Shown: piece by piece, positions 46,624 through 58,200 of the stretch
How positions within the stretch are numbered: the first letter of the stretch is position 1
Layout of the letters: the number at the start of each line of letters is the position of its first letter
DNA from: Botryllus schlosseri
Taxonomy: Eukaryota
Length of the DNA: 64,000 nucleotides
Assembly (NCBI GenBank): GCA_051294905.1
Contig: CM119385.1
Coordinates: forward strand, 22,258,001-22,322,000
Direction of reading: 5' to 3'
Position numbers and translations under genes: made by a program
The notes under the pieces: model-generated
The model's database searches: none
Seen by the model: the letters and a program-made list of their open reading frames with translations, nothing else
What the model was told of the DNA's origin: nothing

Positions 46624-49600
46624 ATGGCACTGATATTTTTCGCTACGTGTTTTCTGAGCATGTCGTATGCACAGATTATGACAGAGATCATACCAGTTGA
46701 ATTACCACGGTATGGAAGCAGGAGTCGAAACGCAGGAGTCGAATATTCAATGGCGATGTGGCTATTTCTCATTCAGGAAAATCAAATTTTAAGCGGTAAG
46801 GCAATAGACACTGATTTCTGATATTAGGATATTAGTCAGTGTTTAGCTCAGCAATCCGCAAGTATAAAAGTCAATCGGTATTCGCCGGTAAATTCTTTCT
46901 ATTGTATGACATGCGAATAGGACAGAACAATATTTATATTGGAATAAAATAAATATTTTAGGCTGACACTCGTCAGGGGTAATCGTCGCAACTTGTAGGA
47001 AATTGAGGAGTACATTGTATATCAACAATCGCATCTCCAATGTTCTTTTCAATTCTCACCTACAGTTGCTGATGAATATCTATGACCCTTGACGAGTGTC
47101 AGCCGAAAAGACTCGGGTCTATTTCATGCAATTGTATATTAAAGTTCTGTACCTCCAAGAGTTTCTAGGGATAGGACTGCATGTGACTGGTTTAGAAGCA
47201 CTGCTATCGAATCCCCTGAAACTGATGCATTATACCTATCATATGTTATTGTATATTCAGAGGAGGTGAAGCAGTTGAAAGAATCTCAGCAAAGCTCGTT
47301 GGACGCAATGAATAAAGAGGTGTCCGGACTTGCGTTGAGTGTCATTGATACCATATTTTCGTCGCCAAGTATAGGTATATTATTCTATATTGGTTTTTGA
47401 TACCTGGAAGCAAATCCGGGATAGAGTAAGGTCTAAACTTTTGTCACACTTTCTCTAATGTATTTAATTTTCAACAACAGAACAAATAACTCATAGGAGA
47501 GCTCGATTTTTGTTAGTTCGCCGATTTTCGCTATACTTCTTCCTATACTAGTTATGTAGTTAATTTTTGAGTCACGGTATTTATTGAGGTTTTTAGTTTT
47601 GATTGTAGTCAAGATATTCCTGGTCTATATGACTCGAATTTGATGAAACGGCGTGTCTGTGTTTATCTTATTAGATTTCACTCAATTGCGTGTAGATGAA
47701 CAAATAAAGATTNNNNNNNNNNNNNNNNNNNNNNNNNNNNNNNNNNNNNNNNNNNNNNNNNNNNNNNNNNNNNNNNNNNNNNNNNNNNNNNNNNNNNNNN
47801 NNNNNNNNNNNNNNNNNNNNNNNNNNNNNNNNNNNNNNNNNNNNNNNNNNNNNNNNNNNNNNNNNNNNNNNNNNNNNNNNNNNNNNNNNNNNNNNNNNNN
47901 NNNNNNNNNNNNNNNNNNNNNNNNNNNNNNNNNNNNNNNNNNNNNNNNNNNNNNNNNNNNNNNNNNNNNNNNNNNNNNNNNNNNNNNNNNNNNNNNNNNN
48001 NNNNNNNNNNNNNNNNNNNNNNNNNNNNNNNNNNNNNNNNNNNNNNNNNNNNNNNNNNNNNNNNNNNNNNNNNNNNNNNNNNNNNNNNNNNNNNNNNNNN
48101 NNNNNNNNNNNNNNNNNNNNNNNNNNNNNNNNNNNNNNNNNNNNNNNNNNNNNNNNNNNNNNNNNNNNNNNNNNNNNNNNNNNNNNNNNNNNNNNNNNNN
48201 NNNNNNNNNNNNNNNNNNNNNNNNNNNNNNNNNNNNNNNNNNCTACCAACCCGAATGCACGCGAACATAACAGATAGCCTACATTTCAATTAGAATGCTG
48301 TTATCGTAGGGCGGTTTGTGCTAAAATACAACAGCCTCTATTTCTAATCCTATAGTTCCGATGACACACCTGTCATGAAAGATTAAAGTTTAAAGCAATG
48401 GTTTTTAACCTTTTATGACCCGGGAAACCCTTGCGTTAATCTGCAAGCCGTCAGGGGTTTGTATTTCGAACCCCAACTTCCCCTGCGTACGCTGCTATCA
48501 CACCATTATTACAGTCACAATTCGACTACCGATCGGGCCTAATTGCCTGCAACGAATGTGGGCCAAAACATGCGTGTTCTCCTTAATCATATGTAGGCCT
48601 ATTAGTAGCCTATAGTTTGTGTGTTGACATCCGGTAAAACCACTGATACTGGCTTACGAATAGTTTTAAGTTATCATGGCAAATAACTTTACACACAAGT
48701 GTTTACGAGGCACAGTAATGTCCCGATTACGTGCAGGTGGCCTCGACGGAAAGATACAGGAGAACATCGAACGGATTTTTGAACTGTCTCAGACCGATCA
48801 GGCTTTCCAAACAGCTCTCGACTCGCTTCAGCAGACCGTCAGTGCGATTCAACAAAGCTTCAACGCCCAATCAAAATGTATGTTGCGAATTCACAGCAAT
48901 TATATTCTGTATAGTATGTATCTTGTGCGTGTAATTGTGCTCTTAGAACTCACTGCTGCTATTTTGAAATGTTTTTGTGAATAATGAGATACAAAATTAT
49001 ATTTAAAGAGTTTCTTGGAGGTACAGAACTTTAATAAACAATTAAATAACATATTCATATTGAAATAAACCTAAATATTTTCGGCTGACACAAGGGTAAT
49101 CTTCACTAATTAAAATACTATTGGAAAGAGCATTGTATAAGGTATGTATACGATTATTGATATACAATGTTCCTTCAAATTCTCTACTAGTTGCTGACGT
49201 AGGCTATATACCCCAGACGAGTTTATTTCAATATGAAAATGTTATATATATACAAAATGATATCATATTCTGATCTTAACCCATCAATCTAATGCTTGTG
49301 CGAAGTGAAAGCCGTCTTAAAGCATAACCACATCAGTAAATATAGTGCGAGTAGGCGGAACCTACTTGAGTACTGCAAAAAAACCTGCGTTAGTGACCAC
49401 CTCGGTGGATTCCAGAGTCATTTATTGAACATATCGCGACTATTTACGTCAGCACAAATTCGTCATGATCCCGACCGATATCGGACAAAAACTATTACTA
49501 ATTCCCTCGATGATATTATATTTATCCGATATTCAAAAGATATGGCAGCTAGCTTAAAGCGCATTACCAAAACTCAAGAGTATTTGTTCAAACTGCTTTA

Positions 49601-51510
49601 CAGCCATTGCTATACCTGGACAATAAATAAACTAGACAAGCTGCAGCTGGAAACATGTAAAATATAATAGATCGATATTCCCAGTCACGCAGTCGCTGTT
49701 CATAGCTCTCTGACTACCCGCTGCCGGACTGAGACTTCGCGAAAATTACCGATATTCCTCAATGGCCGATACCAATATTTATTTCGAAGTGTGATGCCGA
49801 CTTGATATTACCGAGCCTTTAATAATAATAATCGACCGGGCTCTAGTCATGATCTATTATATGTCTGATTCTTTTCATTATTTGTAGCGACGCGTTGTTA
49901 CTTGGGGATGAAATTCGGTGACATAGCGGACAGTGAAATCAGTGCTTCGTCTTCATTGAACGCATTACATGCGCCGTGGCGAGCTCGGCTCGACACCGAG
50001 AAAAATGTACTGAACGAGAGGGGTGGCTGGGCGGCAGTGGTTCCAGGTATAGACTTACGAAATTAGACTTGAGCGTTTGAATCTGGCTTCGTCGCACGAA
50101 TTATACTCGAGACAGAGCTGGACAATTGTGGAAAATTTTCAGATTTTCAGATTACATTCGGAATTAGAAACAAGTTCATTTCCTATCACGTCAGAGTTCC
50201 TTCTCATAAGTTCGAGAACGGCAAATGTCTGTGCACGTCACTCAGCTCTACCGGCAAATCTGATTACATGAGTAGAGAGAAGAGCAAAATTGATAGCAAT
50301 ATATATGCAATTCCCGAGCATACTGACCGATTCAATCATGAATTCTAGAAAATTTTCGCGCTTCGCGCGCTTATAGGCGACAAAAGCTGATACACCAAGC
50401 CCCCCCCCCCCAATGCAGATGATAAGTAACCATAAAAAGGGTAAAGCCTCAGGGGGGTCTGGGTGGCGAAGCCCCCCAGAAGTTAGGTTTATCACCCTAT
50501 GGGGGGGGGCAAGACCAACGTTTTGGGGGGGGCTGACGAAGTGCTGTTACGGCCCTGAGTGGAGGTAGAAGTAAAACAATATTTTCAAAAGAGCAAAAAG
50601 GAGTATTCCAGGAAAGATTTTCAAATGAGCAAAATGGAGTATGTTACTGACCACATCTATGATTCTACGTCCAATATCCTTTTTATGACTTCCGTTTACA
50701 TGTTCGATGAGTTACATGCGGTCTAAAATCGAAATTGCGTTGAATTTTAGCCGGTACAGACGAATGGATCGAAGTCGACCTCGGAACCAAAACGTCGCTA
50801 ACGGGCGTTATCCTACAAGGCAGATCTGACAGAGATGAATGGGTCGAGACGTATCAGGTACAATGCGATCAAGTGACTGTCCAGGAAAGCGGAGCAGATA
50901 AGGTAAGGGCGAGGATGTATGGGGACAGTGATGCTCTGTTGTTTCGGACTTGGAAAAATACATAATTCTAATTGTCTAGCTTCACTTAAGAGCGAGATGT
51001 GGGTAAACTAATTTTTGAAACGTTTTGAAACTTAAATTCTAATCTAATTTCTGGTTTTCTTGGAAACACTACTGGAAAATTGTATAGTGCGATACGATCC
51101 AAACTTGGTGCACAGACATTCGCAATTCTCATGTTTACGAAAATGAACGCTGATTTGATTTGACAGAAACTTGATTTCTGCTGTATTTCTTTCCGATACG
51201 GAAATTAATTCAATTCCAATTCCAATTTCTAAGAATTCAGTAATACTAATTCTAATCAAAAGAAACTGTGCAGCTATACATCTAATTTTAATGTAGCTTG
51301 GAAAAATTGAACACTTTCTGGTTGTCCAAAATTGACCAATGGCTTTGGTTGCAGACCTTCACTGGAAACACCGACAGAAATACTAAAGTTGTCGGAAAAT
51401 TTCCTTCGCCTTTGGACTGTCGTTACGTCCGGATAGTTCCCATTACCGTGAACGTTCATTACACTCTTCGATTTGAGCTGATCAGAGGAAGTTGCTTCGA
51501 CGAGTACTGA
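46624..51510 (+). CDS. Secreted coiled-coil + F5/8 type C (discoidin) domain protein A (about 285-295 aa)
   Basis: Exons 46624-46795 (signal peptide MALIFFATCFLSMSYA), 47261-47338 or -47368 (donor uncertain, both in phase), 48737-48877 (heptad-like), 49888-50046 (TRCYLGMKFGDIADSEISASS..RARL..GGWAA), 50751-50902 (EWIEVDLG..GVILQGR..EWV) and 51355-51510 (FTGNTD..VRIVP..LRFELIRGSCFDEY*). The N gap in intron 2 could hide an exon. Confidence 0.85.
46935..47165. repeat. Inverted pair of PLE terminal repeats (discoidin A, intron 1)
   Basis: The minus copy has GAAA changed to TAAA. The plus copy reads gaccc TTGACGA gtgtcagcc GAAA agac TC gggtc. Confidence 0.75.
47713..48242. other. Assembly gap (530 N)
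   Basis: Run of N. Confidence 1.
49005..49240. repeat. Inverted pair of PLE terminal repeats with internally deleted cores (discoidin A, intron 3)
   Basis: ttcttggaggtacagaacttt...ttttcggctgacac on the left arm and ttctctactagttgctgacg...tttcaatatgaa on the right arm. Confidence 0.7.
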
Positions 51511-51715
51511 ATCGATATTCCTGTTCTGAAATATACTGTAGTGGACAACGCCTTTAATATAAAAGCTGGTATTGGACTGTGTTGATTTTAGCGATGGTTC
51601 GAATGTTCGATACCGAAAAGGTTGACAAGATGCCATCTAACTCTGTGCCAAGTTTCAAGTTTGTCACTCAATGATTAGCGTAAGTAATTAGGTTAAACAA
51701 ATCGACTATGTACAT

Positions 51716-53547
51716 CAGGCCTGGGCAAAGTGCGGCCCGCGGAGCTATTCTGTGCGGCCCGCGTAAGGTTGCTTGAAATTGAAATATAAAACCAACTTTT
51801 TAATGTTGTTGCGTGGACTAATACCATAGGTTGTATGAACTGGACCGTAAATTCGGTTACCATCAAGCCTGTTCATTAACGTGCTGCGATTACGCAGCCT
51901 ATACGTACGTCACATGCCTAATCCAGATTCAAAGTAGAGTCAGTGTCAAAATTCTGCCGTTACAATTAAAGTCACAAGAAGTCACCAAACCTTCTTTGCG
52001 ATTGTCACATTACGCATTACAACGGTCTGTGTTTCAAATTGTTACGTGATGCGTTCCAAATCCCTAATTCGTAAAACAAATCAATCAGTGCCTGTGATTT
52101 CTATGAGTATATATCTCCACCCATAAAGGATGTAAAAAAAATAAAGCCGAAAGTCGAAATTCAAAGAAGGTTCGGGGGACTAACTAATTGTTTACTAACT
52201 GTCTTGTCTTTTTAGTAGTTAGTGCTGCGCACGTCGCCGTGATTAGGGAGTATAATTTAAGTCGGTTCTATGACAAAAACACGATGACATAGGCTATACA
52301 CTCGATCAAGAGACGACGAATTTCGGAATAGCGGCAAGCTTGGGTCAACAAGAAAGCCATTTCGGTAAGCTGCACACTTCTCGGAAACCAGCTACCAAGA
52401 CAATAAGTTTTATAGTATCCCCAGAACCGTAACTTCCTCACCCCAAACCCCTTCAATTGGGGGGCGAGCTCGACGGGCACCCAAAATTATTTCGTGAATA
52501 AACATAAATCTTTCTCGCGCTATGCGTGATTTAGAGATCAGGAGTTTATAGAATTGGGCATTTCGGCGTCAGCCATTACCCCGCCACGGCGCACCAAGAT
52601 ATATATACGAAGTTTAGGCCAACACGGGATTTCGAGAAGGCACTGCAATTGCACGTGCTGATCAAGCACGTAAAGGGGGAAAAAGCTCGACTGCGAGAAT
52701 ACCTTGGCCGAAAAGGACTGCCCTTATTAAATGCCCTTATTAAAACCATGTTGTCCCATTGTCCATAGGCAATATTTGCCAGTGAAGAAATACCAATTAG
52801 GAATCGTGTGCCTCTTTTAGTTCAGTACGCATTGGCGATTTCAATATCTTTTCACATAGCAGACGGGAGGTCACGAAATAACAACATATAACATTAAGGT
52901 AATTATACAAACGGGCCCGCCCGAATATTTCCAATACAGCATCTCACTCAGCTCTAGCGGTATAATTGACTACGCGGGCTGAAAGAGGTTAAAAGATATA
53001 GCAATATGTAAGCAATTACCAATATTATTACCCGATTGAATCATGAATCGTGGAAAAATTCCGCGCTTCGCGCGATAACGGCGCAAAACATTGCCAATTA
53101 GTGTATACAAGAAATCTCTCTCAGAAGCAGTGTTAACAACGTGTATCCCAATGGGGCCTGGTCAGGGGGCGAAGCCCCCAGGAGTTTGGTTTATAACTTC
53201 ATGAGGTGCCCAAGACCAACATTCCGGGGGGGGGGGGCTAACGACGGTTTGTTTTTGCCATCGCAAATACATTTTAATATATTGACAGAAAAACGCGGAT
53301 AGGGTGTTTAAAGAGAGTTCAAAATGTATCATGTTTAACATTGTTTCGAAATATGGCGGCAAATAAATATTTTTTTTGGTAATTAACCGTCACTTTCTCA
53401 TTCCCCAATATCAACACATCCACGGCTTTCAATTTAGAAATAAAATCAATACGCTGGAGAATATATAGCTAAAATTTCTGACTGGGCCTGAAAACGTATT
53501 TTCTGTTTCTCATTTGGCCCGCGGAGAAAAATAATTGCCCACCGCTG
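51716..53547. mobile_element. Composite non-autonomous hAT (Buster-type)
   Basis: TIR CAGGCCTGGGCAA / TTGCCCACCGCTG; perfect TSD ATGTACAT. The interior repeat is shared with 9760-10760. Confidence 0.85.
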
Positions 53548-53640
53548 ATGTACATTGTACACGTACAGGCGTGCGGTTTAGGCTAAACTCACACAACAGA
53601 TTTTACGCAAAAATCGCCATTGATATGTTTTGATGTAGAC

Positions 53641-54238
53641 CAGCGGCTCTCAAACTTTTTTAGACACGCCCCCCTTTATGATAGTGAAAATTTCCGCGCC
53701 CCCTTATCGTCATATCACAAAGCAATCCCAACGGATAGTTTGATGGCATGGAATTATGACTGTTGAGAGAATTCTCAAATATGAAATTCGGACTACACAC
53801 AGAGCAATAACTACGAATTGGAGGTAAATCGCACCTTCGCCCCCCTTCAGATGCTTTCACGCCCCCAGTTTGAGAACCAATGATTTAGACCAGTGGTTCC
53901 CAACCTTTTTCGACCCATCGCCCCCTTTTCAAGGTCGACGCCTATCGTCGCCCCCCAAATTTTGTGTACCGAAAATTGGGCATACAAATTGTAATCACCG
54001 GTGGGTTGACTGAAAAAAAAAGGTCAAATTTTCGGCTCGATGTCCAATTTGACACCCTTTTGTAACTAAATTTCCGTGGGTTGACTAAAAAAAAAAAGTC
54101 AGCCGTTTTGACGCGTCATCGCCCCCCTATCGCCCCCTTCGCTATTTTCGCCCCCTGTCGCCCCCTTCGTCATTTTCGCCCCCCTAGACCGCCAAATCGC
54201 CCCCTGGGGGGCGATATCGCCCACGTTGGGAACCACTG
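53641..54238. mobile_element. Two adjacent hAT MITEs (53641-53882 and 53891-54238)
   Basis: Separated and flanked by ATGTAGAC / ATTTAGAC / ATTTAGAC. Confidence 0.85.
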
Positions 54239-55277
54239 ATTTAGACGGTATTCTATACGTAGTTCGGAGACAAGATTTCGCATGGTTATGTACGCTAAAG
54301 CTGTGCCAAATATCAAGGCTGTCATTTAATGATTAGGATAATAATTTCGTTTCCAAAGTCTCGTATTTATACTAGGTGCGCGCTATACTGAAACTAGCCA
54401 TGATAGATTTGGGGGGGGATCGCTGATGGCTTGCGGATTACCGTAAGGATTCGCCAGTTTAGTAAAGTTTAAGAACGACGGCGTCAGACAAAATTCACTT
54501 GCGAAATTTTACAAATTCAGGCATTGCTGCTCTAAACAAAGTAATGCAACTTTGTCGTCGATAACATTTTTCTTGTCTTTTTCCTCCATTCAAATTTGAA
54601 AAACATGAATTGACAGAGAGCAATCAAGTTGAGTAACCGCCAACCGATCACCGATTAATATTTATCGCCATATTCGGAATGAGGATTATAATATGACGAT
54701 TATGATCTGCATCAATATATTCTACTCGCGTAACAGCAGCAACTTCTAAGAGGGTATCGGGTTTAGAAAGTCGCCCTGCATTGTGACACGCCATGCGATT
54801 TTCATTGGTTTTGCTGTCGCAATAGCGTATGTCGTTATTTGATGACGAATTGGCAGTTAAATTTCGAGCTAAATCGGTGGCTTTGATCGCCCGAATAACT
54901 CTGTGACCTCTTTTTGCTGTCGTCCAGGATATATAAATGTCAACCGGCGGATTGGGTCGACTTATATATTTGATGTTATAGGCTATGCATGAAGGCAAGT
55001 AATCTGCCTTGAAATCATTCAAATATATACACTTACGGCACGGAAGGTGTTAATGAAAGGTATACAGTTCAGTTCAGCATGCGTGCAGTTTGTGCGAACA
55101 GTGAGATATTTATATTATGGCTTTGCAGTTGCGTTGGAATCTCCTAGTTTGACTACAATCTACAAATATTTTTACTACAAGTTACATCGCTGGTCCTGAG
55201 ATTAAACGTACTCTTACTGGAACATATGACTACAACAGTATATAATATATACAGATAAGCTAACTATCGCCGGACCA

Positions 55278-58200
55278 ATGTTGTTCGTAATTCATCTTTG
55301 CTCTCTCATGGCTGCGGTGGTGATGGCAGAAGGTGACGTGATGTTGCCGTATCATCCGCAAAACACGGCATTTCATCCCCAAAGGCGCGTAACATCAGCG
55401 AAAAGTTTGGTAACAATGCTTCTTCTCAAAGAAAACAAGAAACTTGCAGGTATAGAGTGTATTTTGATTGATTTCTGTAAAACAACACAATATAGGGGAG
55501 ATGTGGTACCGATGGATCACTGGGACCGAAAATACTTTGAAAATTCTCAATGATAATTCCATGATTACACTCCGTTAACTTGTCTTCAGTTGCATGCTGC
55601 CAAAATCTTTCCTCACATACAAAAAAATTCGACGTGCGCGAGCTATGGGGTCTCTCACAGATGTTTTTTGTTTTGGGGGGTGTAAACTAAATTTAAATCG
55701 ACATATACATTTTTCTTTGTAACCTTCAACAGGAACAAACCAGCAATCATTTTTATTGTGAAGTGTAGGGCTTGTATCAGGCTATATAATGGCACCTATA
55801 ATTTTTTTCGGTGCCTTCCTTTAGTGGAATTTTTTCGATTCATGTATAAAATTCGCAGGGTGGGGACCGATGATACAATAGCCAAATCAAGCAAAATAAT
55901 CAAGCATACTAATCATGAAACAAGTGAAACATGCCTACGTACAGAAAATCTTTATGTAATAATTGCATATGACGTTTTATCGCTATAACGAGGTATTTGG
56001 ATGTCACACTGTCGATTTTCGGGCAATATGTATGTACCCTCAAATTTATAAGCTCGAGCCTAAATCGAAACGTGATTTTATGACAACATTTGAGTAAATA
56101 TTCATTCTATTTTTTGACGGTTGCGACCGAACATTCTTCTTTGGCTTGCTGTAGCTTAGATTATAATATTGAGCAAGAAAAGTTGTCATGTTTTAGTTTT
56201 TTAGGGTATATGTGTCATAGGTCCCCGGGTCGTGTGCCACTGGACCCACCGGGTGGGGACCGATGATACGCTCGAGCATCAAATTTTAAACGTCCTTAAA
56301 TATTTTTTGAAAAGACGGATATTCATGTATATGTGCGCGATAGGTAGAGCTTGTATCAAAGTGCTGAGCCAGCAAAAGATCTGATGTTTTCGGCTGAACA
56401 TTTTGGGGCCAGCGATCATTTTCCAATTTTTGATCCATCGGTACCACATCTCCCCTACTATCGTTTAGCGGATGACATCGGACCTAAAATATGTCGGATG
56501 TAAAGCTGTAGACCTCAGACTCGTACAAACTGTACGCTGGATATTCCAAATGCGCAACTAGATCTAGAACTATAATCACTTTTTAAACCGCGCAACTAGA
56601 ACTAGAACAAACGTTCTTTAAAAAAAACCAATTAACTAACTAAAATACAACTATCAATTCCGAAGCAATTCATTAATTTTTAGTTAATCGGAATCGACTC
56701 CCAAAACCAAACCCGTGGATATGTCAATGCCAGTAGTAAATTTATGACTCGGAGCTATAGCAATTGCTACTACAACATCACAAAACAGAACACCGGTATC
56801 ATGACTCACGACGACGACGACACCTGTTTTCTATAGTTGATCGGCAACTAAATGTTTTCCAAAATGCGCAACTAGAACTAGAACTGCTCACTCTGCAACA
56901 AAATAGATTGGTAATTTGTACAAGTCTGTAGACCTATACCCTTTACGCTTCCGTAACATTTGTACACATTCTCACCACGTATTCGTCTACAGATAAACTG
57001 GAACAAGTGAAACTTGATAGCGAACTATCCAACCTCGCCCTGCAAACCAAATTAGAAGCCCTCGAGATGAAGATAGAAACTCGGCCCAGATGTAAGCCGA
57101 TTTCAGATGAAACAGCATATGTACGGTAAAGTGAGTCTGTTTATCACAGCCACCCGATGCTATATGGGAATGAAGTTCGGGGATATTCCGGACTCCGCGA
57201 TAACCGCTTCGTCTCAGGTAGACGTGAAGCATTCGCCGGCAAGAGCGAGGCTTGATACTGAAATGACTGGAGATAACTTCAGAGGCGGTTGGGCAGCTTC
57301 TACACCTGGTGGGTATTTGATGTGCTGTACAGAATTCATCGTAAGGCATACATTAATAGGAGAGTTTTCGATTCCTTATACGTAACGATGGAATAGTAGG
57401 CTATATCACATTGAAATGAAACCCGAATATTTTCGGCTGACACTCGTCAGGGGTAATCGTCAGCAACTAGTATAGAATAAGAAAGAAGATTGTATATCAA
57501 CAATTGTATCACAAAATATGACGTCACCAGCATGAAACTTCGAATGAGAGAGCGTTCTGTGCGCTATTCCCAGGTGGTACACGAACTCTTTCTGTTGACA
57601 GAGTTTCGGTTGGTGTATTTTGCTAAAAGTCGTCTCCAAGGCACACAAGTGGAAGTGTGAACGGCCCCTCCCAATAACGCGAAATTTGTCGTCTCTATAA
57701 TTATTCGCACAAATCGGATTATCCAACAGATGTTTGCCGATTGCAGAATTAATTATACGTAACGCTGCAGTGAATCTAACATTGTAATTAGGGCCAGGCC
57801 GTAATATTTTTGGCATATGCCAAAACTGCCAAAAATAACTTATTTTTGGCATTTTTCGATTTTTATTTTTGGAAGTTTTGGCATCGTCCTCTAAATAGAT
57901 AGTTTCAGCCTCGAATTAGTCACAAAAACGCTTTATTTGGGCTAGTTTGTCAAAAGACACCACAAAATGTGCAGCATCCACGTATAATCAGTGCCAACAA
58001 ACAATAAGAAGAAAAAACCTCACGATTTCATGGGTTAATAATATCAAACGAAACCACAAAATGTGCAGTATATCCATCGGAATCGGTGCCAATATAAGCA
58101 AAAAGAAAAAGAAAAGCCTAACAAACACGCTCAACAGCTGATTGTTACAGCTGTTGAAATGACTTAACTCGTTTGCACTGTAACAATGCTTCCAAACTCA

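Noticed and set aside
47653-48289. Three long ORFs in the track spanning poly-X
   Set aside because: Artefacts of the 530-N gap.
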